58,013 nt of DNA from Anaerolineae bacterium. GTDB taxonomy: Bacteria > Chloroflexota > Anaerolineae > Aggregatilineales > Aggregatilineaceae. The notes beneath the pieces were generated by a model. It searched no databases. It had not been told where the DNA came from and saw only the letters and a program-made list of their open reading frames with translations. The stretch is from assembly GCA_016934195.1 (NCBI GenBank), contig JAFGTJ010000030.1:1-58013 (forward strand), given 5' to 3'. Below, in pieces: positions 20,321 through 29,751 of this stretch; the first letter of the stretch is position 1, and the number at the start of each line of letters is the position of its first letter. The position numbers were made by a program, and so were the translations under genes.

Positions 20321-20824
20321 ATGCGGCGGTGTATAATCGGCCTATTGGTTGTGGTACTGGCAGCGCTGACCGGCTGTGGAAACGACTCGGACTCGGATAC
20401 CAATTCAGAGCCAGATCAGCCTGCCTCCCCGACGGCGGCGACCCTATCGCCGGTATTGATCCATTTACAGCAGGACTACGAAGCGCTGCGCAGCGCCCAA
20501 CAAACCATCACCGATATCTGGGATGGGCTGGCAACCGGCCAACAGGTCCAATGTGGCGAATATCCCGCCGTACTGAATCCGAGAGATATTTCGGACGAAG
20601 GGGATTCCAGCTTCACGGAGTTGGCGGATCATCTGCGCCGCGCCGCTGTGGAAACCGAACGCGCCGTCAACTTGTGGCAGGCCGAATGCCTTAATCCGCG
20701 CGCCAATCCCTCGTCGGACGTGATCGACCAGGGCCGGTTAGCCAGTCGCGCGGCAGGTGATGCGCTGCGCGCCGCCGAAACGCTGCTCGACAGTATTCAG
20801 GGTCGCGATCAGGACACAGAGTAA
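20321..20824 (+). CDS. hypothetical lipoprotein
   Basis: Signal peptide plus lipobox (LAALTGC). No recognisable domain. The 3' end overlaps the convergent fni gene by 16 nt. Confidence 0.6.
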   Translation: MRRCIIGLLVVVLAALTGCGNDSDSDTNSEPDQPASPTAATLSPVLIHLQQDYEALRSAQQTITDIWDGLATGQQVQCGEYPAVLNPRDISDEGDSSFTELADHLRRAAVETERAVNLWQAECLNPRANPSSDVIDQGRLASRAAGDALRAAETLLDSIQGRDQDTE

Positions 20825-21852
20825 AGCGGCGTTTGCTTCAATGCCGGGATATCGGCGGCACCGCTCGCAAACATGGCGATCCGAAGCTGCGCGGAGAGTT
20901 CCCTGATCAACTCGCGTACCGCGTCAAGGGAGTGGTTGGCCGCCTTGAGAAATGGTCCGGCTAACCCGCCCAGGTCCGCGCCCAGGGCGATACACTTGGC
21001 GACATCCACGCCATCGCGCAGACCACCGCTGGCAATCACCGGCACACCGGGCGCACCTTCGCGCGCGTACCGGATCGCGTCGGCGGTGGGAATCCCCCAA
21101 TCGGCAAAACTGCGCGCAACGTTGGCGTGGTGCTTCGTTGGGGCGCGGTGATATTCCACTTCGCTCCACGAGGTTCCCCCCGCCCCGGCCACGTCAATCA
21201 CGGCGACTCCGGCCCCGGCCAACTGCTGCACGGCCTGCGACGAAAATCCCCACCCGACTTCTTTGGCAATCACGGGCACCTCAAGCTGACGACAGACCGT
21301 CTCCACCTTTGCCAGCAATCCGCTGAAATTGCAGTCACCTTCGGGCTGGACCGCTTCCTGAAGCGCGTTAAAGTGCAAAATCAGCGCGTCGGCCTGAACC
21401 GTTTCAACGGCGCGTCGGCACTCATCAATGCCATAACCGTAATTCAACTGCACCACGCCCAGGTTGGCAAAAAGCAGAATATCCGGCGCAACGGCGCGCA
21501 CATCATACGTCACCGCTGCTGCCGGGTCTTCGACAGCCGCCCGCTGCGACCCCAACGCCATTGCGATCCCGGCTTCCTGGGCGGCCTCGGCCAATGTGCG
21601 GTTGATCTGCTGGCCGCGTTCAGTCCCGCCGGTCATGGAGGAAATCAAAAACGGGCTGTTGAGAGTCTTGCCCAGGAACGTCGTGCCGGTATTCACCTGG
21701 GACAAATCCAGTTCGGGCACCGCCTGGTGCATAAAACGCCAGCGCTCCAACCCGGTTGTCAGGTTCGGAAACTGGACCGGCTGCTCAAGGTTAATGCGGA
21801 TATGATCATCCTTGCGGCGCGGGGTATCGGGCGTATCCGTAACTTTCGACAT
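20809..21852 (-). CDS. fni: type 2 isopentenyl-diphosphate delta-isomerase (FMN-dependent)
   Basis: [40 protein letters not shown]: the IDI-2 pattern. Confidence 0.93.
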   Translation of the reverse strand: MSKVTDTPDTPRRKDDHIRINLEQPVQFPNLTTGLERWRFMHQAVPELDLSQVNTGTTFLGKTLNSPFLISSMTGGTERGQQINRTLAEAAQEAGIAMALGSQRAAVEDPAAAVTYDVRAVAPDILLFANLGVVQLNYGYGIDECRRAVETVQADALILHFNALQEAVQPEGDCNFSGLLAKVETVCRQLEVPVIAKEVGWGFSSQAVQQLAGAGVAVIDVAGAGGTSWSEVEYHRAPTKHHANVARSFADWGIPTADAIRYAREGAPGVPVIASGGLRDGVDVAKCIALGADLGGLAGPFLKAANHSLDAVRELIRELSAQLRIAMFASGAADIPALKQTPLYSVS

Positions 21853-22034
21853 CAGGCGGGGTTCCTTTTTTTTGGACAGGGCGTACTCTAGCGTGTAAAC
21901 TTCTGTTCATCGCAGTAGAATATAGCAGAAGTCGCCTGTTCAGTGTAGAGTTACTAGGGTAAAATAGCCCGGCGTTCACTGAACGCTGAACATGAACATT
22001 TACAAGCCACAGGCGCAAATGGAGGTAACAAAAC

Positions 22035-22268
22035 ATGGCTGAAACTCAGGAGCGTGTGACGAAAATCATCGTTGAGTTGCTGGGTGTAGACGCGGAAAAG
22101 GTCACGCCGGAAGCGAAATTCCGTGACGACCTCGAAGCTGACTCGCTGGACCTGGTTGAGTTGATCATGGCCTTCGAGGACGAATTTGGCGGCGAGATTT
22201 CGGACGACGAAGCACAAAAAATGTCCACCGTAGGCGACGTGATCACGTATATTGAGGCAAATCTCTAA
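22035..22268 (+). CDS. acpP: acyl carrier protein
   Basis: 77 aa with [21 protein letters not shown] (phosphopantetheine Ser in DSLD). No fab genes adjacent. Confidence 0.93.
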   Translation: MAETQERVTKIIVELLGVDAEKVTPEAKFRDDLEADSLDLVELIMAFEDEFGGEISDDEAQKMSTVGDVITYIEANL

Positions 22269-22296
22269 TTTCCTCAAGACCTTGAGCGGAAAAGAA

Positions 22297-22330
22297 GGCG
22301 ATTGACACCCCTGTCAACCGCCCTTTTTGT
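22297..22330 (+). terminator. rho-independent terminator after acpP
   Basis: GGCGATTGACA (22297-22307) pairs with TGTCAACCGCC (22312-22322), with one mismatch and a 4-nt loop. CTTTTTGT follows. It overlaps the last codons of the convergent membrane gene. Confidence 0.5.
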
Positions 22331-22937
22331 ATTTCCCGGCGGCTACCAATCCCGCCATCAGTCCTGTCACGATTGCAAAGCCAACCGCGCCAGAGCCAAT
22401 TTGCACATCGATCTTAAAGTTGTCCAGCAGGATTCCAGCACGCGACAATCCCCACCATCCGGCAACCGCACCGGCAGCTAACACGGCCACGATCAGCCAA
22501 TCGCGCCAGCGATCCGGCAGGCGATGTACGAACAACGTTATGCCCACTGCACCCAGACTCAACCCGGTGAGCAGCGCCATCTGGCGGTAATTGGGATCAT
22601 CCGTCGCGCTGGAAAAAAAGTCGGTGGGCGGGACAAATCGCAGCGCCACCAGCGCCGCCAATCCGCGCCAGACCCACCGGGCACGCGGATCGCTCAGCCC
22701 GTTAGCGGCCAGCGCCAACGCCACTATCAGCGCCCACTGCGGCGCGCGTAACAAAAAACTGGTCAGCATCGGCGGAGAACTGCTGCGCACCGCCGGATGT
22801 AAACTGGACCATTCCGCCAGATCGTAAGCGTGCATGGTGAATCCCGCCGTTTCGTGCGTATACCAGGGCAGGTAATAACACACCAACCCCAACACCACGC
22901 CGCTCAGCAGCAGCCAGGAACGCCGCACCGTCACCAT
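22314..22937 (-). CDS. polytopic membrane protein, unknown function
   Basis: 207 aa with about 6 hydrophobic helices. The ATG overlaps the stop of the ChlI-like gene (TAATG at 22935-22939). Confidence 0.6.
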   Translation of the reverse strand: MVTVRRSWLLLSGVVLGLVCYYLPWYTHETAGFTMHAYDLAEWSSLHPAVRSSSPPMLTSFLLRAPQWALIVALALAANGLSDPRARWVWRGLAALVALRFVPPTDFFSSATDDPNYRQMALLTGLSLGAVGITLFVHRLPDRWRDWLIVAVLAAGAVAGWWGLSRAGILLDNFKIDVQIGSGAVGFAIVTGLMAGLVAAGKYKKGG

Positions 22938-24127
22938 TACGTCTCCTGGTCTGCGCCACGCGCCGACACCAGCGCGTCGATCTGGCTGCGGATCGTATCG
23001 TCTTCCTGCTGCTGAAGCGTAAAGAAATCCACCATAAACTCGCTGCGGCGCTGGCGCAGCGCCATCGGCGCAACGGCCCGCACATCGTCGATACTGGCCG
23101 TTGTGCGTCCATCCGAAGCCGCGTATGCACGCGCCGCTTCAAACATGGCATATTCGGCGCGATGAGAATCAATGCCCAACTGTTGGACCAGCATCAGCCC
23201 AACCTCAATCGCTTCCTGGCTCAACATGGTTTCTTTTAATAACTCGCGTGCCGCAATGATCTCGCCACGCGCCGCGCCCGTATACACGGCCCATTCCGCA
23301 ATAAAACGGCGGGGATTGGTTTTGTAACGCCGCACCCGCCGGTATACCTCGAACCGCTCCGCGAGAGCCATCAAACCCTGAACCGGCACGCGCAGCCCAA
23401 AGCGATCCATGATCTGGGGACGAAGGCGGCCTTCTTCGGGATTCATTGATCCGATCAGGACAAAACGCGCCCGGTACGTGCCGGACATGGCTCCGCGCCG
23501 CACGGTGTAACTGCCCTGCGCGGCGGCGTCCAGGATCGCGTCAACGATAATATCGTCCAACAGATTCACTTCGTCGATATACAGCAGGTTTTGATCGGCG
23601 CGGGCCAGGATGCCGCGTTCCAGGCGAACGCGCCCTTGCTGGACGGCAATACGCTCGTTGATGCCGCCCACCACGTCATCCAACCGGGCGTTCAGCGGCA
23701 GTTCAACCAGCTTGACCGATTCCAGGTGCGAGATCGATTCGCCCGCTTCCAGCTTGCGGCGGCAGTCGGGGCATAGGTCTGGGCTGCCCATCTCATCCAG
23801 ATCGGAGGACAAACATCCTTCCGCGCAATCACTGACTTCACTATACGGCAGCAAGTCTGACAGACCGCGCACACACGTTGTTTTGCCGGTTCCACGCGGG
23901 CCAATTAACAACACACCCCCCACTGCCGGATTGATCACGGACAGCAGGAGCGCGGTGCGCATTTCGACCTGTCCCACCATCGCAAAAAACGGAAAGGGCA
24001 GGTGTTCGGCAAGGCCGAGGTCCGGCGAGGGTTCGCGCAGCACGCGCCGCGCCCCGGTATCGGACAGCATGTCAAGTAGCCGTGACTGCGCCGCTCCCGA
24101 ACTGAGATCAGGCAAAATGTCCGACAT
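22937..24127 (-). CDS. ChlI/BchI-family AAA+ ATPase (Mg-chelatase subunit I-like), orphan, with Cys4 insertion
   Basis: FPFFAMVGQVEMRTALLLSVINPAVGGVLLIGPRGTGKTT, LLYIDEVNLLDD, FVLIGSMNPEEGRLRPQIMDRFG are collinear with ChlI. The insert is CAEGC...CPDC (about 23762-23827). Start set to the ATG at 24127 after GGAAGGG; the track's start at 24145 is a GTG. Confidence 0.88.
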   Translation of the reverse strand: MSDILPDLSSGAAQSRLLDMLSDTGARRVLREPSPDLGLAEHLPFPFFAMVGQVEMRTALLLSVINPAVGGVLLIGPRGTGKTTCVRGLSDLLPYSEVSDCAEGCLSSDLDEMGSPDLCPDCRRKLEAGESISHLESVKLVELPLNARLDDVVGGINERIAVQQGRVRLERGILARADQNLLYIDEVNLLDDIIVDAILDAAAQGSYTVRRGAMSGTYRARFVLIGSMNPEEGRLRPQIMDRFGLRVPVQGLMALAERFEVYRRVRRYKTNPRRFIAEWAVYTGAARGEIIAARELLKETMLSQEAIEVGLMLVQQLGIDSHRAEYAMFEAARAYAASDGRTTASIDDVRAVAPMALRQRRSEFMVDFFTLQQQEDDTIRSQIDALVSARGADQET

Positions 24128-24153
24128 AGTACGCCCTTCCGCCACCCGGCAGG

Positions 24154-24537
24154 CTAATTCATATCTGGACGCAGATCCGAAATACGCTTGAAGATATCGG
24201 GGTCTTCGTCCAACACATCCACGATGCTATACGACAACTCGGCCATCATCGGCGGCAGCGGGGCGCGCGGCGGCAGCTTCTCCGGTTTGGGCGGCGTGGG
24301 GGGCGGATTGGGATGCAGATCACGGCGGCGTTCGGTGCGTTTGCGCAGGATACGCCCGTCCTTGCTCAACTGCCCGATCCATTCACCATCTCGTTTATAA
24401 ACTTCGCCGTCTTCGATATACGCCACGTACTCGCCGCGCGGGGTAAAAAAATAGTCGCCTACTTTGGTCGCGTACCAATCGCCGCGCGTATCAAAAATGA
24501 ACACGGGCTTGTTCGGATCGGTCGGTTTCTTTGCCAT
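24154..24537 (-). CDS. hypothetical protein: N-terminal beta-hairpin repeat region, basic/Pro-rich middle, acidic C-terminus
   Basis: Start re-set to MAKKPTDPNKPVFIFD.... Repeated G(D/E)(W/Y) hairpin-like units (RGDWYATKVGDYFFTPRGEYVAYIEDGEVYKRDGEWIGQLSKDGRI) are reminiscent of proteins annotated '4-fold beta flower'. That is only a memory-based resemblance. Confidence 0.55.
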   Translation of the reverse strand: MAKKPTDPNKPVFIFDTRGDWYATKVGDYFFTPRGEYVAYIEDGEVYKRDGEWIGQLSKDGRILRKRTERRRDLHPNPPPTPPKPEKLPPRAPLPPMMAELSYSIVDVLDEDPDIFKRISDLRPDMN

Positions 24538-24556
24538 TGTCTTACATCCCCTGAAA

Positions 24557-25699
24557 TTAATTCGATAACACACGCTCGTAGACTGCCCGGAGCTGCTGCG
24601 CCACGCGTGCCCATGTAAACCGGGCCGCCTGCTCGAACCCGCGCGCCACCATGTCGGCAGCGTGGAGCGAATCGCAGACTAACAACTGCCGCAGCGCGTC
24701 CGTCAGCGCCTCTACATCATACGGATCGACCATCAACGCGGCATCTCCGGCCACTTCCGGCATTGAGGAAATAGTAGACGTAACTACGGGTGTTCCGCAA
24801 GCCATCGCTTCCAACACCGGGAACCCAAAGCCCTCGTACAACGATGGGTAGGCCAAACAACAGGCGTCCGAATACAACGCGGGCAAATCTTCGTCCTGCA
24901 CAAAGCCGGTGAAATGCACGCGGCCCGCCATGCCAAAATCGTCCACCGCCCGGTAAATGGGACTGTCCAGCCAACCGCGCCCCCCAACGATCACGAGATG
25001 GGTATCCGTATAGGCCGGACCCAACGCCGCCAACGCCTCAATCAACCGGGCATAATTCTTGCGCGGCTGGACGGTGCCAATTGACAGCACGTAGGGATTG
25101 CCGGGAATATCGTAACGCTGGCGGGCAGCCTGCCGCGCCGCTTGATCCGTAACTGGCTTAAAACGCGCGCCAACGCCGCTTAGCAGCACCGTGATCTTAT
25201 CCGGTGAAGTACCGTATAGCTCGACCAGATCGTCTTTCGTCGCCTGGGAATCGGCCAACACATGCGCGGCACGCCGCACCGACCGGGGCACCACGCGATC
25301 CAGGTAGGCTTTGAGCACCGGGGTAGACGTTTCCGGCGCGCGCACAAACGACAGGTCGTGAACGGTGAGCAGCGTCCGCGTACCGGGCAGCACCGGCGGC
25401 AGGGTAAAATCGGTGGCATGATACAGCTTAACGCGCCCGGTAAAGGTTTCAACCGGCAGCGGCAGTTGTGCCCGGTGCCACACACGGGCAAACCACAACG
25501 GCGTGATGCGCGTTGGCCGCCACTCAAAATTAGGGCCGGGCGCAGGCGGCAATGAGGGGCGCTTGGCTCCAGCGACAAACAGGCGATACGGCGTCTGGTC
25601 GTCGTGACCGGCCAACGCCTGAATTAATTCGCGGACATAACGCCCAATACCCGCCCCCTGCTCATAAGCGGCTGTATAGTCAATACCGATGATGTCCAT
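24557..25699 (-). CDS. glycosyltransferase family 4 (GT-B, retaining type)
   Basis: C-terminal EGFGFPVLEAMACGTPVVTS motif and a typical ~380-aa two-Rossmann layout. Confidence 0.9.
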   Translation of the reverse strand: MDIIGIDYTAAYEQGAGIGRYVRELIQALAGHDDQTPYRLFVAGAKRPSLPPAPGPNFEWRPTRITPLWFARVWHRAQLPLPVETFTGRVKLYHATDFTLPPVLPGTRTLLTVHDLSFVRAPETSTPVLKAYLDRVVPRSVRRAAHVLADSQATKDDLVELYGTSPDKITVLLSGVGARFKPVTDQAARQAARQRYDIPGNPYVLSIGTVQPRKNYARLIEALAALGPAYTDTHLVIVGGRGWLDSPIYRAVDDFGMAGRVHFTGFVQDEDLPALYSDACCLAYPSLYEGFGFPVLEAMACGTPVVTSTISSMPEVAGDAALMVDPYDVEALTDALRQLLVCDSLHAADMVARGFEQAARFTWARVAQQLRAVYERVLSN

Positions 25700-25710
25700 G
25701 CCCGGCGCGG

Positions 25711-26082
25711 CTACAGTCCCAGGACCTCGCGTACCCGTGCGATGAGCACATCAGGCGTAGTGGGCTTGGTCAGGTATTCGACCGCGCCGATATCCATGCC
25801 GGTCTGCTGGCTGATCGCATCCACCCGCGCTGTCAGGAAAATAACCGGAATCGAACTGAGAGCCGGATCATCCTTCAACCGCCGCAAGACGTCAAAGCCA
25901 TTGAAATCAGCCATCATAACATCGAGCAAAATCAGGTCCACGTTTTTCTGTTGATCCAGGTACTCCAACGCCGCGCTGCCGGAGTACACTTCATGCGTCT
26001 CGAACCCGTCGCGGGTCAGCGCCATCCGCAGCAAATTACACAACAACGGGTCGTCGTCCACAATTAAAATTTTCCCTGACAT
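25711..26082 (-). CDS. single-domain CheY-like response regulator (intact receiver)
   Basis: ILIVDDDP, LILLDVMMADFNG, IFLTAR, YLTKP. 123 aa with no output domain. Confidence 0.9.
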   Translation of the reverse strand: MSGKILIVDDDPLLCNLLRMALTRDGFETHEVYSGSAALEYLDQQKNVDLILLDVMMADFNGFDVLRRLKDDPALSSIPVIFLTARVDAISQQTGMDIGAVEYLTKPTTPDVLIARVREVLGL

Positions 26083-26091
26083 TACCCCTCC

Positions 26092-26685
26092 TCACTCCAC
26101 GTCGTTATAGGTCCAGTAGCGGTTAACGAAGAAATTCCAAATCATCACAATCCACACCGCGAAGAATTGTGCGATATTGGTGCCCAAACGACTCACTGAC
26201 GTATCGGACAATGAATCCACGATTCCCAACGACTCAAACATGTCCGTGCCGATATCACCAAAGGGTCCAAATGTAGTCCTGACCCACACCAGGCGAAACA
26301 ACAGTCCGGCCAGGCTCACAATAAAAAATTGCACCCACTGGCGGCGGATTGACCGGGAACGCGAGTCGGGATAGGTCCAATACCGGTTCCACACAAAATT
26401 ACTGGATACCGCCGAGACAAATGCACACCCGGTCGCCAACGCTACTTTGGCATTCACATAATCGCCGCTGGGTTGCAAAACCGTCGCCTGAAGCAAGTTC
26501 AGCACACCAAAGTCGATGATCGCGCCGAGAATGCCGACGGTGGCAAACTTGAGAAACCGTTCGAGTTCCTTGCCTCTCTGCCCGCCGACGCGCGCGCTGA
26601 TACGCAGAATCACTTCGTTCCACCAATCAAACGGGTAGGTATACCAGCGGCTGGATACCGCTTTTGAAGTTGTTTCAGACGTCAT
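26092..26685 (-). CDS. GtrA-family membrane protein
   Basis: FLKFATVGILGAIIDFGVLNLL and a second FVWNRYWTY / FFVNRYWTY pair, typical of GtrA-like 4-TM proteins. Confidence 0.85.
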   Translation of the reverse strand: MTSETTSKAVSSRWYTYPFDWWNEVILRISARVGGQRGKELERFLKFATVGILGAIIDFGVLNLLQATVLQPSGDYVNAKVALATGCAFVSAVSSNFVWNRYWTYPDSRSRSIRRQWVQFFIVSLAGLLFRLVWVRTTFGPFGDIGTDMFESLGIVDSLSDTSVSRLGTNIAQFFAVWIVMIWNFFVNRYWTYNDVE

Positions 26686-26687
26686 TC

Positions 26688-28169
26688 CTACAGGTCCTCT
26701 GTGTGCTGGCGGTACGCAACGGCCAGCAATCCTAACATCACGCCAATGTGTAAGAAAAGATTGTTCACATATAGTTTATCAACAAAACTGTGAACTGCCA
26801 GATGAGTCCAGGTGCCAAGCAGTCCCAGGACTAACCCTCGCATCACGGGATCGGGCTGGCGCAGCGCGCGCAGCGTCCATATCACAATCAACGCCCAGCC
26901 AATCAGGTACGCGGACAACCCCACCATTCCGGTTTCGGCCAGGGTGTTCAAATAATCGTTGTGAGCGTGACCGAGCGGTCGGGGCCAGCTTACCACCCCG
27001 TATTCGGCGTACACGGCTTCGTAATTACCCAGCCCCACGCCTAACCAGGGATGGTCACTCGCCATGTTATAAGCGGCCTGCCAGTGAGCCAACCGCTCTA
27101 CAATTGCAAAATTTTCGTCGCCAACGGGGACTCCGCGCACATCGCCAAAACCGGTAAACTCGGTCACGGCGTTGTTTATTCGCTGCTGAATGCCTGCTGG
27201 AACGAATCCCATCACCCAGAGGATCGCCACCAATATGCCCCCGGCGACCAGCAGCAGCACCGCCTGCCAGCGCCGACGTGGAGCAAAGCATACCATTACC
27301 ACTGCTGCCGCGCCAAATCCGAGCCATGCGCCGCGTCCCCACGACGCCAGCAGACCGCCGAGCAGCAAAACGCCGAATCCCCCGTACAGTACGGCCAACG
27401 CGCCCGGCTGCTGCCAACCTGCGCCGCGCTCTCGCCAACGCCGGAACGCCAATTCCGCGTGACCCCACGCCAATCCCAACGCGAGCGGCAGTATCAGGCC
27501 CATAAACGCGCTGAACGGGTTGGGCTGGCCGAAGGTCCCGAACGCCCGGAAAAACCGGAATCCCGCAATCCACAAATGAGGCGCGCCCGATCCCCCGCGA
27601 AATTCCCACAGACCCACAAGCGCCTGCAAACTGCCCGCCAGCACCAGTCCAAACGCAATCCAGGGCCAGCGGCGGGCACAATCCGGGTCGTGATCCAGAT
27701 CGAGCACGATCAGCACCAGCAGCAAAATCTCGCCCCATTTGACCATCTCGGACAGCCACGCACCCGCCGAGATCGCGCCGAAATAGGACGGCATAAAGGC
27801 CACTATAAATCCGATCAGCGGTCCGTACAGACGGGTACGGGGCAGCGAGGTGTGGCGGCGGCAGCCGGTCACGCGCCACAACGCCCAGGCAAACATCACC
27901 AGCGCCAGCATGATCTGTCCGATATCAACCGGCAGGGTAAACGGCGCTTCGGTGGCGATCAGTGTCTTGAGCGGGGCAATGGCAAGCATCAGCATCACAC
28001 CAACCGCCGGTTCGACCAGCACCGCCACACCCAATCCGACCAGCACCAGCAGCCCGCCCAGTGGAATCACCGGCAGCCACGCCACCAGAATTCCAACCAG
28101 CACCGCCAACCCGCCCCATAACAGGGCAGCGCGAAAACTGACAGGCGGACGGGCCAGCGCAGCAGTCAT
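26688..28169 (-). CDS. O-antigen ligase/polymerase-like (Wzy_C-type) polytopic membrane protein
   Basis: About 12 TM helices, a SWGRGAWLG motif region, and a late HAHNDYLNTLAETG loop typical of the O-antigen ligase family. ATG at 28167-28169 overlaps the UXS stop (TGATG). Confidence 0.8.
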   Translation of the reverse strand: MTAALARPPVSFRAALLWGGLAVLVGILVAWLPVIPLGGLLVLVGLGVAVLVEPAVGVMLMLAIAPLKTLIATEAPFTLPVDIGQIMLALVMFAWALWRVTGCRRHTSLPRTRLYGPLIGFIVAFMPSYFGAISAGAWLSEMVKWGEILLLVLIVLDLDHDPDCARRWPWIAFGLVLAGSLQALVGLWEFRGGSGAPHLWIAGFRFFRAFGTFGQPNPFSAFMGLILPLALGLAWGHAELAFRRWRERGAGWQQPGALAVLYGGFGVLLLGGLLASWGRGAWLGFGAAAVVMVCFAPRRRWQAVLLLVAGGILVAILWVMGFVPAGIQQRINNAVTEFTGFGDVRGVPVGDENFAIVERLAHWQAAYNMASDHPWLGVGLGNYEAVYAEYGVVSWPRPLGHAHNDYLNTLAETGMVGLSAYLIGWALIVIWTLRALRQPDPVMRGLVLGLLGTWTHLAVHSFVDKLYVNNLFLHIGVMLGLLAVAYRQHTEDL

Positions 28170-29104
28170 CACATGCGATCCTCGAAATAGTCAATCGTGC
28201 GCTGTAACCCGGTCTTGAGATCAACGCCTGGTTCCCAACCCAATATCTGCCTCGCCCGCGTAATATCCGGGCGGCGGGTCTGGGGATCGCCCTTGATGCG
28301 CAAATCTTCCTTGTACACGATACCCGCCGGATTATGGGTCGTTTCGTTGACCATGTGCGCGAATTCCAAAATGCTCATTTCGCTGGGGTTGCCGATATTG
28401 ACCGGCTGGTCGTAGCCGCTCATCAACAAGCGATAAATACCTTCAACCAGATCGCTCACAAAACAGAATGAGCGCGTCTGGGACCCATCGCCGTAGACGG
28501 TCAGGGGTTCGTGGCGCAGCGCCTGCCCGATGAAGTTCGGCACGACGCGCCCGTCATCCAGCCGCATACGCGGGCCATAGGTATTAAAAATCCGCACGAT
28601 GCGCGTATCGACGCCGTGCGTGCGCTGGTAGGCCATCGTGATCGCCTCGGCGAAGCGCTTGGCTTCGTCGTACACGCCGCGCGGCCCGATAGTGTCCACG
28701 TTACCGGCGTAATCTTCGGTTTGCGGGTGAACCAGCGGATCGCCGTAAATTTCCGAGGTCGAAGCCAACAGAAAGCGCGCGCCTTTGGCTTTGGCAACGC
28801 CCAGCGCGTTATGCGTACCTAACGCGCCGACCTTGAGCGTCTGGATCGGATACATCAGGTAATCAATCGGGCTGGCTGGGGACGCGAAATGCAGCACCGC
28901 ATCGACGTCGCCTTCAATGTAAATATAGTTCGTCACGTCGTACCGGATAAAGTGGAAATTCTGATTTCCGGCCAGGTGCGCGATATTGTCGGTGTTGCCG
29001 GTAATCAGGTTATCCATGCCGATGACCTGGTGGCCTTCCACCAGAAAACGGTCGGACAGGTGCGATCCCAGGAAACCAGCAGCGCCTGTGATAAGAACAC
29101 GCAT
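28169..29104 (-). CDS. UDP-glucuronate decarboxylase (UDP-xylose synthase), SDR family
   Basis: [35 protein letters not shown] catalytic motif; overall UXS-like. Start re-set to the ATG at 29104. Confidence 0.92.
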   Translation of the reverse strand: MRVLITGAAGFLGSHLSDRFLVEGHQVIGMDNLITGNTDNIAHLAGNQNFHFIRYDVTNYIYIEGDVDAVLHFASPASPIDYLMYPIQTLKVGALGTHNALGVAKAKGARFLLASTSEIYGDPLVHPQTEDYAGNVDTIGPRGVYDEAKRFAEAITMAYQRTHGVDTRIVRIFNTYGPRMRLDDGRVVPNFIGQALRHEPLTVYGDGSQTRSFCFVSDLVEGIYRLLMSGYDQPVNIGNPSEMSILEFAHMVNETTHNPAGIVYKEDLRIKGDPQTRRPDITRARQILGWEPGVDLKTGLQRTIDYFEDRM

Positions 29105-29169
29105 AACATACCCCACTCTCAGCTAACCAAACGCGCGAAGTGTACCATAAAACCCTGGTGTGCCAACCC

Positions 29170-29712
29170 TTAGTCGTCCAGTTCGGCCAGCTTGCGCCGG
29201 AATTCGGCCGTAAAAATGTTGAATGCCCGCGCGTCGTACAGGCAGACTATGGCGCGCTTCAGGCTGTTCAGGTCCTCAAAGGTATAGTCAATGATGACGC
29301 GCAACATCACGTCCGCGCAGCCTTCGAGCGGGTAGCCAAATACGCCGGTCGAAATGGCCGGAAACGCGATGCTGCTCAAGCCGCGCCGTTCGGCTAATTC
29401 CAGGCTGGCGCGCACGGCGTTCGCCAGCTTGCCGGACTCGCTGCCCTCGCCCATACGCGGTCCAACGGCGTGAATCACATGCCGCGCCTTGAGATTCCCC
29501 CCGCCGGTAATCACAGCACTGCCAACTTCACAGAATCCCAGCGCAAGACACTCTTCCTGAATAGCCGGGCCGCCCTTGCTGCGAATCGCTCCGGCCACGC
29601 CCGATCCCAGGATCAACTGGGAATTGGCCGCATTGACAATCGCATCAACCTCCAGATCGGTGATATCCCCCTGAACTAACTCAATCGTCACCTCATTTAA
29701 GACAGCCTGCAT
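29170..29712 (-). CDS. macro domain protein (O-acetyl-ADP-ribose deacetylase-like)
   Basis: ELVQGDITDLEVDAIVNAANSQLILGSGVAGAI...IHAVGP...IAFPAISTGVFGYP. Confidence 0.9.
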   Translation of the reverse strand: MQAVLNEVTIELVQGDITDLEVDAIVNAANSQLILGSGVAGAIRSKGGPAIQEECLALGFCEVGSAVITGGGNLKARHVIHAVGPRMGEGSESGKLANAVRASLELAERRGLSSIAFPAISTGVFGYPLEGCADVMLRVIIDYTFEDLNSLKRAIVCLYDARAFNIFTAEFRRKLAELDD

Positions 29713-29751
29713 GGTGTTATCCTCTCACATAGCCCCCTGATGATTACACCA

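Noticed and set aside
22937-24127. Calling the ChlI-like gene bchI/chlI, which would imply phototrophy or bacteriochlorophyll synthesis
   Set aside because: No bchD/bchH or other photosynthesis genes are nearby, and the context is a glycan/membrane operon. I therefore left the gene symbol empty.
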